This document shows positions 13,107 to 24,600 of a DNA stretch of 32,000 bases, piece by piece. The notes beneath the pieces were generated by a model. The model was not told where the DNA came from. It saw nothing but the letters and a program-made list of their open reading frames with translations, and ran no database searches. The stretch's first letter is position 1. Each line of letters begins with the position of its first letter. The translations under genes and the position numbers were made by a program. The stretch is from Zygophlyctis sp. KS116 (Eukaryota > Fungi > Chytridiomycota): NCBI GenBank assembly GCA_054661495.1, contig BAAFSQ010000004.1:1-32000 (forward strand), read 5' to 3'.

Positions 13107-13236
13107 TTTCTTTGACAACAAAAATTTCTTGTTTTTATCAGTGACCGCCAACCCTGCCCGTCGAACCGTCGGACCGCCCAACCGTTCAACCGTCGTCTCA
13201 ACCGTTATTGACAGGAAAAGTCTCTGGATACTGACA
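13107..13236. promoter_or_regulatory. GC/CpG-rich bidirectional promoter between NAT10 and ING
   Basis: 130-nt gap between divergent ATGs, containing repeated AACCGT/ACCG motifs in an otherwise AT-rich region. Confidence 0.6.
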
Positions 13237-13950
13237 ATGGAATGCTTGGAGGATATACTTTTACAGCTTCAAGACTCTTCTCAAGACATAAATTTCCAAT
13301 TCAAGGAATTAAAGGAATTGGATGTAAATTATCATGAAAAGAGAGATTCTTTAGTTGGAATAGACTCGATTTTAAGAACTCATGAATTTGAATTTGGATC
13401 TTGTACTTCTCATCCAGAACAAGACTCTTTTATTGATCAAGCTCAAAAGACTTACAGGGAATTGTCTGATATTTCACTACAAAAAATTAATATTGCTGTA
13501 AAAACTAGAGATATGATTGATTCTATTCTTTTAAAAATAGAAAAGGAATTATCAGAAAAAAAAGAAATTATAGATGATGAAGAAACTCTTACTGAATCTA
13601 CTAGGCCTAATATTCCTCTGCAAAAATCAGGATCATTGTCTGGAAATAGTATGACTACTGGAATTTCTTCAAATATCACAACTACAGCATCTACAATTAA
13701 GAAGAAGAAGAGAACAAGTTCAATACTTAAATCTCTGAATACAATTCCAATCAATATTAATCAATTTGAAGAAGAAACACTCTACTGTTTTTGTAGATTA
13801 GGATCATTTGGAGATATGGTTGGATGTGATGCTACAGATTGTCCAATTGAATGGTTTCATTATTCTTGTGTAGGATTAACAGAACCTCCAAAAGGATCTT
13901 GGTATTGTCATAATTGTGCTATAAAGTTGAAAATTCCTGTTTCTAGATAA
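13237..13950 (+). CDS. ING-family chromatin reader (C-terminal PHD finger)
   Basis: N-terminal helical ING domain, basic NLS and [42 protein letters not shown]. First ATG is at 13237. Confidence 0.92.
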   Translation: MECLEDILLQLQDSSQDINFQFKELKELDVNYHEKRDSLVGIDSILRTHEFEFGSCTSHPEQDSFIDQAQKTYRELSDISLQKINIAVKTRDMIDSILLKIEKELSEKKEIIDDEETLTESTRPNIPLQKSGSLSGNSMTTGISSNITTTASTIKKKKRTSSILKSLNTIPININQFEEETLYCFCRLGSFGDMVGCDATDCPIEWFHYSCVGLTEPPKGSWYCHNCAIKLKIPVSR

Positions 13951-13978
13951 CGTCACCTTCGGAAAGTATTTTAATAAT

Positions 13979-14770
13979 ATGACTGGATTACAAGTGAATC
14001 CTTCCTTTTCTTATCCATGTCTAAGAAATAGTCTAAATAGACCAAAGACTGAGATCAAGAGGAAAAGATTAAACTTAAAATCAGGAATTACAAGAAATAC
14101 AAGAGATCAACAAGATAATTTACCATTGTTGGGACTATCTGGAATTTATGTTGGAAAAAATCATTACAATTCATTACAAACTAATCAGATTAAAAAGGAA
14201 TTAGAGATCCCAATGCTGGACAAGAGAAACTCTATTAAATCAAACATTACAAGAGAGATTATGAATGAAAGAAATCTTAGAATTCATAATGATGAAACGA
14301 GAAGAGCATCGCTAATCTCAAATTTAGAAAGGATTTCTCAATGGGCTAAAAGTATTCCACATTTTGAACCTTTGGATATTTATGCAATTGATAAAGTTAG
14401 TAATGAATTATTGGAAACAAATATTATGCCATCTAGTAGATTACCTTCTCCGATGTCTCAAAATGTTACTAAAATGATTGAAAGAGCTCAAAGCTCAAAA
14501 GAACAATCAAGGTTACCATGTTTAACTAGAATAGACTCAGAAATTAGTAGGACATGTCTAAAAACTTCAAATCATAAAAAAGAAAGACTATTATGTTGTC
14601 TAAAAGTAGAAATTCAATCTGGAGTTTTCAAAATGCTTCCAGTACATTCAAATGATGATCCGATAACATTGGCAACAAGTTTTTGCAAATCGTTTAATTT
14701 ACATTCGTCAATAACAAATCTATCAGAACATATTAGGCAATCAAAAATCAAGTTTTCAAAACTCTACTAA
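13979..14770 (+). CDS. Hypothetical protein (263 aa) with a small C-terminal globular segment
   Basis: Uninterrupted ATG-initiated ORF filling the space between ING and CFAP300; no family confidently recognised. Confidence 0.7.
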   Translation: MTGLQVNPSFSYPCLRNSLNRPKTEIKRKRLNLKSGITRNTRDQQDNLPLLGLSGIYVGKNHYNSLQTNQIKKELEIPMLDKRNSIKSNITREIMNERNLRIHNDETRRASLISNLERISQWAKSIPHFEPLDIYAIDKVSNELLETNIMPSSRLPSPMSQNVTKMIERAQSSKEQSRLPCLTRIDSEISRTCLKTSNHKKERLLCCLKVEIQSGVFKMLPVHSNDDPITLATSFCKSFNLHSSITNLSEHIRQSKIKFSKLY

Positions 14771-14847
14771 AACTAGTATATAGATTCAACAAGATTTATA
14801 TTTACAGTTGAAGATTCAAACTAATAATTTAATTTTTGTCGGAAAAC

Positions 14848-15658
14848 ATGTTAAACACTGAATCAAAGTTCCAATTTAATACGTTTGAGAATTACAAGTT
14901 TCCAGGATATGAGAGTAAAGACTTTCAAGAATGCATGTACAAGTGGTAATTTTTAGATTTAAGATATAGGGGAATGAAGGGGAATTTGAAGATGATAAAG
15001 TTTGGATATGATCAGTTCTTCAAGCCTTTTCAGATTGAAAGCTTTCTATTGGATTTTTTTAATGATGATGGTGTCCAGTCGCTATTAAAGATTCAAGGTG
15101 GAAGATTGGGTCGTGTTGACCGTGTGTTTCATGATGAATTAAGACATAATGTGACTTCTCTATCCTTCTTTAATATTCTCAAACCAGATATTGTCCGTGA
15201 AAATGGGAATATCTTAAAGTGTTTGGATGAATACTATGAATCTTTTGTGGTTTCGGACCAACTCCGCAAATGTTTACTCATGGAAGAGGAAGAAGTATAC
15301 TCTACATTCTCAGAATTGGATCGTAAAGAATTTATTTTTCATGTATTTAAAAGTCTTTGTTTGGGCGGTACATGTTGTCAATACGAGGATGATCTTGAGC
15401 CGTATCTAGATGCAACAAAGAAAATTTACAAGGATTTGATCACGTAATCCATTCAAAGCTTTAACTTTTAGAGTTGTTAAAGACAAGGAAACAGAAGAAA
15501 TCAAGGTTGCATCATATGTGTATCAAATTATGGGATTAGAGTCTAGTCTGTCACCTCTTTTTCCTATTAAACATCCACAGAATTTTTGTTATATAAGTAT
15601 TGATCCAATCAAGCGTCATGTAAATATTTTACATCATGCTTCGGACTCTTATTATTAA
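14848..15658 (+). CDS. CFAP300: Cilia/flagella dynein assembly factor CFAP300 (C11orf70)
   Basis: KWGM, FLLDFFND..V, SDQLRKCLL.EE, EFIFHVFKSLCLGG.CCQYED...YLDATKKIYKDLI, HPQNFCYI.IDP.KRHV; introns 14946-14969 and 15444-15471. Confidence 0.9.
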
Positions 15659-18292
15659 TAAGAGTCTAAGATTAATTCAGATTCTTCTTCCACAGATTGA
15701 AAGCCTGTTTTAGCGTCTTCTATAAATTTGGCTTTAGCTTCATCCAATAAATCATTTTGAAGTTTACTGTATTCTTGCTTGATTTCCTTTAATAGGTTTT
15801 TAGATTCGGGTAGCCTCTTTTTCAACTCTGAAAATTTCAGAACAGACGAAAGATCTAATTCAATTTTAGTTATTCTGTTTTCTACAGAATCCATCATGGA
15901 TTTGAGATTCATCAATTCATCCTTATTTTTCGAGTCTAAAGGAGGTTTACTCTTAATTCTTTTAATAGATATTTTTCCAGGCTTTTTATGAAATTCACCT
16001 TCGCTTAGCCGGGTATTGGCTATGGCGGATGTTATTATTTGATGAATCGATGTTGGATCATTATTGTCATTCGAAGGTTTCCTAATTCCTTCGTTATTTG
16101 GGTCATCAGTTCGATTATTTGGAGTAATAATACTGTTTGCAGGTGTCCCCCTGACTGAAGTTCTACTACCACCATAAGCAATAACTTGCTCTTGCATGGA
16201 ATTCGTTTCTAACAAATCATTGAATTGGTCTTGTAGATTCTCTTGTTGAGTTTCGGTCGCTGAAAAATCAGATTGAGGCTTTTGATAAACTTTTCGATTC
16301 AGAGAGGCTGCCGTTGGTCGGACATATGAATCTTCAAGAACTCTCCAATATGACGTAGGATTTAAAAGAGCATGTCGAAGTGACTTAACAGCGATTTGAA
16401 CACTCAAAGGAAGTGGGTAATGAGCTTTAAATTCCCTCTCTCCATCTGAATCATCATCACCTTCAGAACTTTCTTCTTCGGATTCAATTTTTGATGATTG
16501 TTCTTCATCTTCTGTTATATGAACACCCGTCATGAATGTGCCATCTTGTATTTCTGCATCATAAAGCATTTCTTTCGCCCCGATTTTTACAGGATCCTCT
16601 ATTTCCTTTTCCATTTTACGTCTAGTCTCTCCAAATACTCTCAAATCTCTAATTTTTGGAATTTGTCCCATCCTAATAATATTGGCGATATCATCGTCGT
16701 TAAATGAATATGTCCTTCTAATTTGGCGCATCGCTAAATCGGTCAAAGAATCTTGATTTTGATTGACTTTATGTGGTGAAACCAGATGAGATCCTCTCAC
16801 GGCCGCTTTTCGCAAAATCTGACCAATAAAATGTGGAATTTCTTTTTTGTGTGTTTTCTTTACAACTGTCATTCCATACTTTGTAGATTCCACCGCATAT
16901 TTTGTACCCAAATTAAGTCCCTCATTTGCTTTATTGGGTAAATCGGCAATATTAATATTGTATAGCGAAGAGAAAATGTGAAAAGGGTCATCCTCTAAAA
17001 ATCAAAAGGTTAATTATTTACCTTTAGCTGCAGCTTTAGAATAAGAGCAATATTTTAACACTGAATTTCCCTCTAAATACACATTTTTGATTTTTGGAAG
17101 ACATAAAAGTCCCATCAAATTATCCATTTGTGGAATTTTGTTAAATTTCAGTGATAGCTCTTCCAATTTTAAAAATCCGTTATACTTGATTAAATTTTTA
17201 GGGTCATCATTCAGTACATCAGTCGGTCCATTATATCCTTTTGGAATTAGTGCATTAAGAGCCATTAGCATATTTTGGTTCAAATTCAAATTTATCAAGT
17301 TTGGCAAAGCCCCCAAAGTATCAAATATATCGCTAGATGAAATATTATTTCCTTCTAAAACCAATGTTTGCAGCTCTGGAAAGCCTGTTTTGGCAATGAA
17401 ATTCGCCAAACGTTGAACTACAGACGAAAGTCTACTTTCAGCAATTTTCATATCTTCCCTTTGATCAGCTGTTACGGATAATCTAGATTTTGATCTGGAT
17501 ATAGATACTGTTGATTTAAATGACCTTTTTGACCCATGGACATCTTGGCTTAGAAACCCATTACTCTCTGGCTTGCTTTCTACAGCAAACGAACTTTCAT
17601 CTAACGCTGCAACTTGTCTTGGTAATAATCTTTCAATCACATAATCCTTCCATTTTTGCATAGTCTTGATGACTGATGGAAAGCGAGAAATCCCATTTCT
17701 GGTCAAGTCTAGATATTTTAAAGAAGGCAAACTGGCAAGAACAGCAATCGCAGAGATATCCAGTGAATTATATGATATATCTAAATACTTGATGTTAAAT
17801 ATGAATCGAAAATAAAGATTTGATGATTCAAATTGATGTATCACATGTACAAGTGGTAATAATACTTACCTCTAAATAATCAAATCTCCCTTCAACTTCC
17901 AAGTCTAAAAATAATATTTCATTGCATGGTATTACCAGCTTTCTTAAACTAGGAATAGTCCCTAATTTGCTGAATTTGAGCTTATTCTCGCCTGCTTTTA
18001 GTGTTTCTAACCGAGTAAACATCTTTAGATCATCCTCCAATACAAACTTAAGATCTTGACGAGAAATATCAACTGAATATACATAATCAGGATCTTCTGA
18101 TAGCGCTGAATTAAGCAGTCTAAATCCGTCTAGAAGTTTTGGTATTTCATAGTATTTATCATTATGTTTTCCACCATCAGTTATGGTTGTATTCTGATCA
18201 ATGGTTGAATGATCGTCGGTTTTTAGCTCTTGATCTATTGTATTGATCTTTAAAGGGACTTTATTATATGGAATATTATATCTCGCACTCAT
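15655..18292 (-). CDS. XRRA1-like LRR protein
   Basis: LDGFRLL, SVDIS, several LRRs, acidic linker, TFMTGV and LPLSVQIAVKSLRHALLNP resemble XRRA1; introns 17869-17788 (82 nt) and 17021-16995. Confidence 0.75.
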
Positions 18293-18397
18293 AATTCTCC
18301 AGTGACGTAAGCTGAAATAGGAACTTAACTATTACCACGTAGAACTACGTCGTCGGGTCCATTAATCATGATGATATATTTGACAAAAGACCACAAA

Positions 18398-21205
18398 TTA
18401 TGTTTCTCTAATAAGCTTCAAAAAGACCTCTTCTAAGGTCGATTGACTGATTCCCCAATTCTTGATAAGGTCGCCTTTAGATTCTTCAACCCATTTCACA
18501 AGCTTTGGAATGTTACCAATAGATTCCATAGGGAATTGATATATTAATGCACCTGCAGAGTCATCTTCTAAAACTGAATTTGGGACCAATTCCGAGATTT
18601 TCTCCTTTACAAAATCAATTTTATCCGTAACAATTGATATACGATATCCAGATCCAAACTTATTTTTCAATCTTATTGAGTTTCCAATAGCTTTAAAGCT
18701 ACCTTTAGACATCACACCAATACGATCTCCTAAAACATCTGCTTCTTCCATAGAATGTGTTGTAAGGATAATAACACGATTCTTTTTGAATTTTTCTATA
18801 AAGGACCACACATGTCGCCGGTTTACAGGATCCATACCAGTGGTAGGCTCATCCATAAAAATAATCTTCAGGTTAGTATCGTCAGTTTTAATTACCTTTG
18901 GGTCACCAATTGTCGATATCACTAGCGATAGCCTTCTCTTCATCCCCCCAGAATATGTGCCTGCTCTAACATCCGCTACAGTTGATAACTTTACAGCTTC
19001 TAATCTGTCCTCAATCAGTTGTTTTCTCTCTGAAGGTCCCACACCTTTTAAACCAGCATATAATTCAATATGTTCTCTAGCCGCTAAAGATTAAAACATA
19101 AGCCACATACTTAGATCATCAAACAGTATATCGTGCTGAGGACATATACCCATTATTGATCGGATTTCAGATATTTGTGATTTAACAGAAAATCCGTATA
19201 TAAGTGCATCACCAGAAGTGGTCGGAGTTAGACCAGATAACATGGATATAGAAGTCTAATGGATAAATTTATAGAACAAATTACCGTTTTTCCAGCGCCA
19301 TTTTGTCCGAGTAATGCAAATCTATAATTAATGAGGTAAAAGATCTTACAATTCACCCTCCTCAAAAGTAATACATGAATTTTTTACGGCAACTTTTGTG
19401 GAATCTTTTTTTCTCCACTTCAAAAGAGGCGGATTATATATTTTTCGAAGGTTTACCACCTTGACAGCCGGCCACATAGTATTACTCAAAGCCTTTTTAC
19501 GCTCTGCAGCTACATCATCATCTTCTTTATCATCAAGATCTAATGATACTTTATATTGATCCAACCAACGATCCTGCTCTGTTTTGTTCCCTTCTTTCTT
19601 TAAGCCCCAATAGCTAGGAAGAAAAAAGAAGTACAGTGGTTGTCTAGCCCCGAAAGCATCTGGAAGTATGTTATCCAGATACCATGCCAATATCCAATAA
19701 ACAAAAACGTCCATGATCAAAAAATACCTTGATATTATAAAAAATAAAATTACCATGCCTGCACTGGAACAGGTATATTAGGGTATTTCCCATCATATGG
19801 CGTTAGCAAATTATTTGGCAGTTTTTCATATAGAGTAGACCAGCTAAAGCCTGGACCAGGTATGAAAGTATTGGTTAAAACGTCTAGCTTTCCTGTAGTT
19901 AAACTGGAAATATCCAAGAGCATATGACCAAAATTGAAGAAAGGAACAAACATTAAAATCAGCCATCCGACATTACTTATTGTATTCTCTGACCACCAAA
20001 TATATCCAACAAAGCTTCCAGAAAACACTACAGTCTCAAAAAGCAATCCAACAATGAAGAAGAAAATACCGATTAAAATAGCTTGTCTGGTTTCCCGTAC
20101 CAATGTAGTAATGAAAAATGCTACAGCGATTAATGCTTCTCCAAATAAAAAATATGTAAAGAACAGCACTCCAAAATCACAATTCTTAAAAGTTTGAAAC
20201 TGAAACATAATCCCAAAAATACATGTAAATAAAGCGTTAAGTGCTACTAGCAAACTATTTGAAATAAAATGAGTAAACCAATATATGAAAGGCTTCAACC
20301 CCATGAGCTCCATACCATGTCTTAGTTTCAGTTCCTTTTCTGTCATTATTGAATTCAAAACATTGATAAAGATAATCATTTCAGAACAGAAAAAGAAAAC
20401 TGGACCCAGTTGTTGAACTACTGAATCCGAAAGAGTCGCAGCTGGAACTGTAGGCCAATCCTTTAATTTAACATTTATAGAAGCATTAACAGATCCCGAA
20501 ATAGGATCATTCAGATATGATATAATAGCTTCATCAATACCTCTAGTAAATGCCAAAATATCTCTTCCAAAAACATCACCAGTCCCTGAAGTACTATTTA
20601 GCGTAGATGTTGCATTATACCATAGCTGATACCTAATGTTCAAAGGAGAAGTGACTTCAGGCTGACTAAAAGTTATTCCCCATCTCGTAGAATTAGGATG
20701 AGTTAATGAATAATTGTAGATAAAATCAGGGCTTGGAACATCAACAATCCCAAGTTGAGATGAAGGTGCCACTTTATAATCTAAAATTTAGTCGACTAAA
20801 TAATATTAGGTACCTGTTAGCCCAGATCCAAAGTTTAGAGAAACGCCAGTCCTTGCGGAATTAAGAGCGGCAAACTTTTCCAAAATACTTGTATAATTTA
20901 TTCCATTTTCAACAGTTTTGGGATAATACATCAAGGTAATACAAGGATCTCCCGGGTTTCTACCCTGACATGCCCCAACTCCCGAAAGATCGGATAATGG
21001 AGGATGTTGAATTGCTTTTGATTGGTTTGCGTAATCAGCCTGTTGTAAAACAAAAATCAATAACAGAAAAATAAATGGAGCAATTATAGTCTGCGCTAGA
21101 GTGGAATTCCAATATCTAATCTATAATGTGACAAATGATTTATACCTGAAGGATTGTATTCCTCCATAGACCAATCTTTAACTGATCAAACCAAGAACTT
21201 CCCAT
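18398..21205 (-). CDS. ABCA-subfamily half transporter (TMD + NBD)
   Basis: [16 protein letters not shown] start, [15 protein letters not shown], Walker [44 protein letters not shown]; seven introns of 25-33 nt. Confidence 0.92.
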
Positions 21206-21212
21206 TCCAAAC

Positions 21213-21321
21213 TGAAGCGCGTAAATTCTCCGATCCGATCGAAGGACTAGTCGATTCAAAGCCACGTTGTAAGACACGGGAGTCCAGCCAGCCCGTCGGA
21301 AGTTTCCTTGGTGGATGCGAA
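21213..21321 (+). repeat. 109-bp GC-rich direct repeat, copy 1
   Basis: Matches 25431-25538 except for one indel and two substitutions; lies 7 nt from the ATG of the minus-strand ABCA. Confidence 0.95.
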
Positions 21322-21512
21322 GTTTTTCTCGTTAAATGCTGATTAGTTTTGAGCAATTTATCAGTGCACTTTTTTATCGGACAGCATTTATATGTTTAGA
21401 TAAATGAAATACTAAAAATTATTAACGGTGATTAACAAATGATTTTGATAAAATGTCAAAACATCTTTATCTAAAAGTCAGACTGGATATGAACAGGAAT
21501 AATTATTTACCG

Positions 21513-21572
21513 ATTTTAGGTAATGACGACATCATGTGAAATGTCTCTATTTTGGGTAATGACGACATCATG
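21513..21572. promoter_or_regulatory. Duplicated motif upstream of the LRR gene (GGTAATGACGACATCATG x2)
   Basis: Exact 18-nt copies at 21519-21536 and 21555-21572, ending 45 nt before the ATG at 21617. Confidence 0.5.
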
Positions 21573-21616
21573 GCACTTGAGGCGTTTCCACGACGACGTT
21601 TCAAAAGAAAAAGCAG

Positions 21617-24600
21617 ATGATCACTACCCGATCAATGGTACTGATTCTCTCCACACTGGTTGTAGCAGTTCAGTCTCAATCTTTTTGCAATTCAACTTCC
21701 CCTCAATGCTGTTATGTTGTCCGATCATGGGAACTGATGGGTCTAATGATTCCTAAGGGCATATTAGCCTATGACAATTCTTGTTGTACCAAGCCTATGT
21801 CTGGTGTGACTTGTGATTCTACAGATACCAGAGTTATTAAGATTGATTGGAATAGTAAGTCTCTTACCCGATCAATTCCTTCAGAGCTTGGAACTTTACC
21901 AGATTTGACTTTGCTGTAAATAATTAACACTAAACATTTAAGTGATGTGAGCAAAAACACTGGTCTCAATGGAACTTTTTCTCAAAAAAATACGATGATT
22001 GTGTAATAACCCTTTATTTTTGATGCATAGACGTGTTGCGTCGACATTGGTCAAACTACAATGCCCAGGGGGATATTTCTCCTCCACCTCATCTGGATCT
22101 TCTAGTTGTATCCAGTGTCCAGCCGGTCAATTTTCTTTAGCTGGGTCGTCAAGTTGCACGCCTTGTCCGGCCGGTCATTATTCTTCTTTAGCTGGGTCTT
22201 CTAGATGTGCTCAGTGTCAATCAGGGGAGTATTCTTCTGTGCCTGGGTCCACTTCTTGTGTTAAGTGCATAGCTGGTCAATACTCTCCATCTGGGTCTCC
22301 TAGTTGCACTAAGTGCCCAGCAGGACAGTTCTCATCTATAGATGGCTCTTCCAACTGCGATGCTTGTCCAGTAGGACAATACTCGTCTTTAGAGGGATCT
22401 ACTAGCTGTACGGTGTGTCCAGCTGGTAAATTTACTTCTTCAACTGGGTCTTCCAGTTGTGGTTTGTGTCCAACAGGAACATACTCCTCTGTCGATGGAT
22501 CCTTGTGTTCTTCCATGTGTCCAGCAGGTCAATATCCTGCCATTAGTTCATCTAGTTGCGCTATTTGCCCAGCAGGTCAATATTCTGCCTCGGCTGGATC
22601 CTTCAATTGCGCTAGTTGCCCAGCAGGTCAATATTCTGCAGCAAATTCTTCCAGCTGCTCTTTATGCCCAAAAGGATATTTCTCTTTGCCTGCGTCTTCC
22701 AGCTGTTATCAAATTTCTTGCGGCTTAACATTAGCTGATTGTTGCTGGACTGCTCTTTCTTGGTCGCTAATGGGGAAAACGATTCCTTCTGATATAAGAA
22801 TCTCTGACAATAGTTGTTGTACTAAACCTTTGGCAGGAGTAACTTGTGATTCTACACAAACAAAGGTTACAAAGATAAATTGGAAAAATCAGGATCTATC
22901 AGGATCTATTCCTTCGCAGATTGGAAATTTAAGTAACTTGCTTGAACTGTAATAATTTATGAATTAATAATTTAAGTTGGTTTTCGGACAACCAAATATC
23001 TGGACAGATTCCACGAGAAATTGGAAAGCTAACGAAATTGATTTACCTGTAACTATTTTTTTATTTATGTTAGTGCCATTGATGGAAATCGGCTCACCGG
23101 AACGATTCCTCCGGAAGTTGGACTCTTGACAAAATTGAATCGCCTGTAAATATTTTTAAAATTAAAATTTAAGTATCCTAGGTGACAATTTACTTAACGG
23201 ACCGATTCCTCTGGAGATTCAAACCTTACAGAATTCGCTTGAACTGTAATCGCCCTCTAATTAAAAAAATAGCCGTCTGCCCAACAATAAACTTGAATCA
23301 ATTCCTTCGGAGATTAAGAACTTAATAAGTTTGACTCATCTGTAAATAATTTCTGAACTTAAAATTTAAGTTATCTTAAAAACAACCAATTCAAGGGATC
23401 AATCACCTCATGGATTGGAAATTTGAAGAAATTGCTTGAACTGTAACTTTTTGAATTAAAATTGAAGGGATTTAAGCAGCAATAAATTTAAAGGTGCAAT
23501 TCCTGAAGAGATTGGAAATTTGAAAAGTTTAACTTACTTGTAATTAAATTACCTTAAAATTAAAGAGATCTTAGTAACAATTTATTTTCAGGATTACTTC
23601 CTTTGGAGATTCAAAACTTAGCGATGTTGACTCAACTGTAAATATTTCCCAGATTTAATATAAGTTTACTGATGAATAATGAAATTTGTGGACCTATTCC
23701 TTCAGGAATTAAGAATTTAAAAATGTTGAAAGAGCTGTAATTATTTACCCATTTCAAATTCTAGTCGTCTTTCAAACAATCTATTCAATGAATCGATTCC
23801 TTCAGAAATAGAAAACTTAAAACTTTTGACTTATCTGTATATATTTATTTTTAAATTTAGTGATATAAGCTGCAATCAACTTTCTGGATCCATGCCTAAA
23901 GAGATTGAAAGTTTGACAAGCCTGTCTCATCTGTAATAAGGTTATTCTTCTAACATTCAAGAAATCTTAGCAATAACGAGATAAAAGGATCTATTCCTGC
24001 AGAAATTGGAAACTTACGGAAATTGCTTGAAATGTAAATATTTTCTAAATTTATAATTTAAGCGATCTGAAAAGCAATAAGTTCAAAGATTCCATTCCTA
24101 TAGAGATTGGAAATTTGAAGAATTTAACTTATCTGTAACTATTTTATACAATTGAAATACCAGTTCTCTCGATGATAATCAACTTTATGGTCCGATTCCG
24201 TCAGTGATTGGAAGTTTAAAAAATTTGCTTGAACTGTAAGAATTGCCTTATTTTATAATAAGTCGTCTTAGTAAGAACCAACTGAATGGATCCATCCCTG
24301 AAGTGATTGGAGGTTTAAAAAGTCTGACTTTTCTGTATTTACTTTTTAATTAAATATTTTAGGGATCTTAGCAATAATTTATTCTCTGGGTCGATTCCTA
24401 GAGATATTGGAAATTTGACGAATTTGATTGAACTGTAAGCGTTTTTTATTCTCAAATAAAAGTAAACTCGGAGTCAATGATCTAGGTGGACCCATTCCTC
24501 CTGCAATTGGAAATTTAACAAATTTGAAGAGATTGTATTATAATCTTTATTTAAATTCAAGACATCTTATTGACAATTTACTCACAGGGAAAATCCCTTC

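Noticed and set aside
13129-13236. N-terminal extensions of the ING and NAT10 ORFs given in the ORF track
   Set aside because: They use non-ATG starts running through the GC-rich promoter; the ATGs at 13237 and 13106 fit the families.
20786-20801. Palindrome tttagtcgactaaa as a terminator or MITE
   Set aside because: It lies inside a 33-nt intron and is too short to support either call.
21213-21321. Direct repeat as 5S rRNA, tRNA, snRNA or LTR
   Set aside because: No recognisable 5S, tRNA or snRNA motifs. It begins TG but does not end in CA, and no gag/pol, PBS or target-site duplication is evident.
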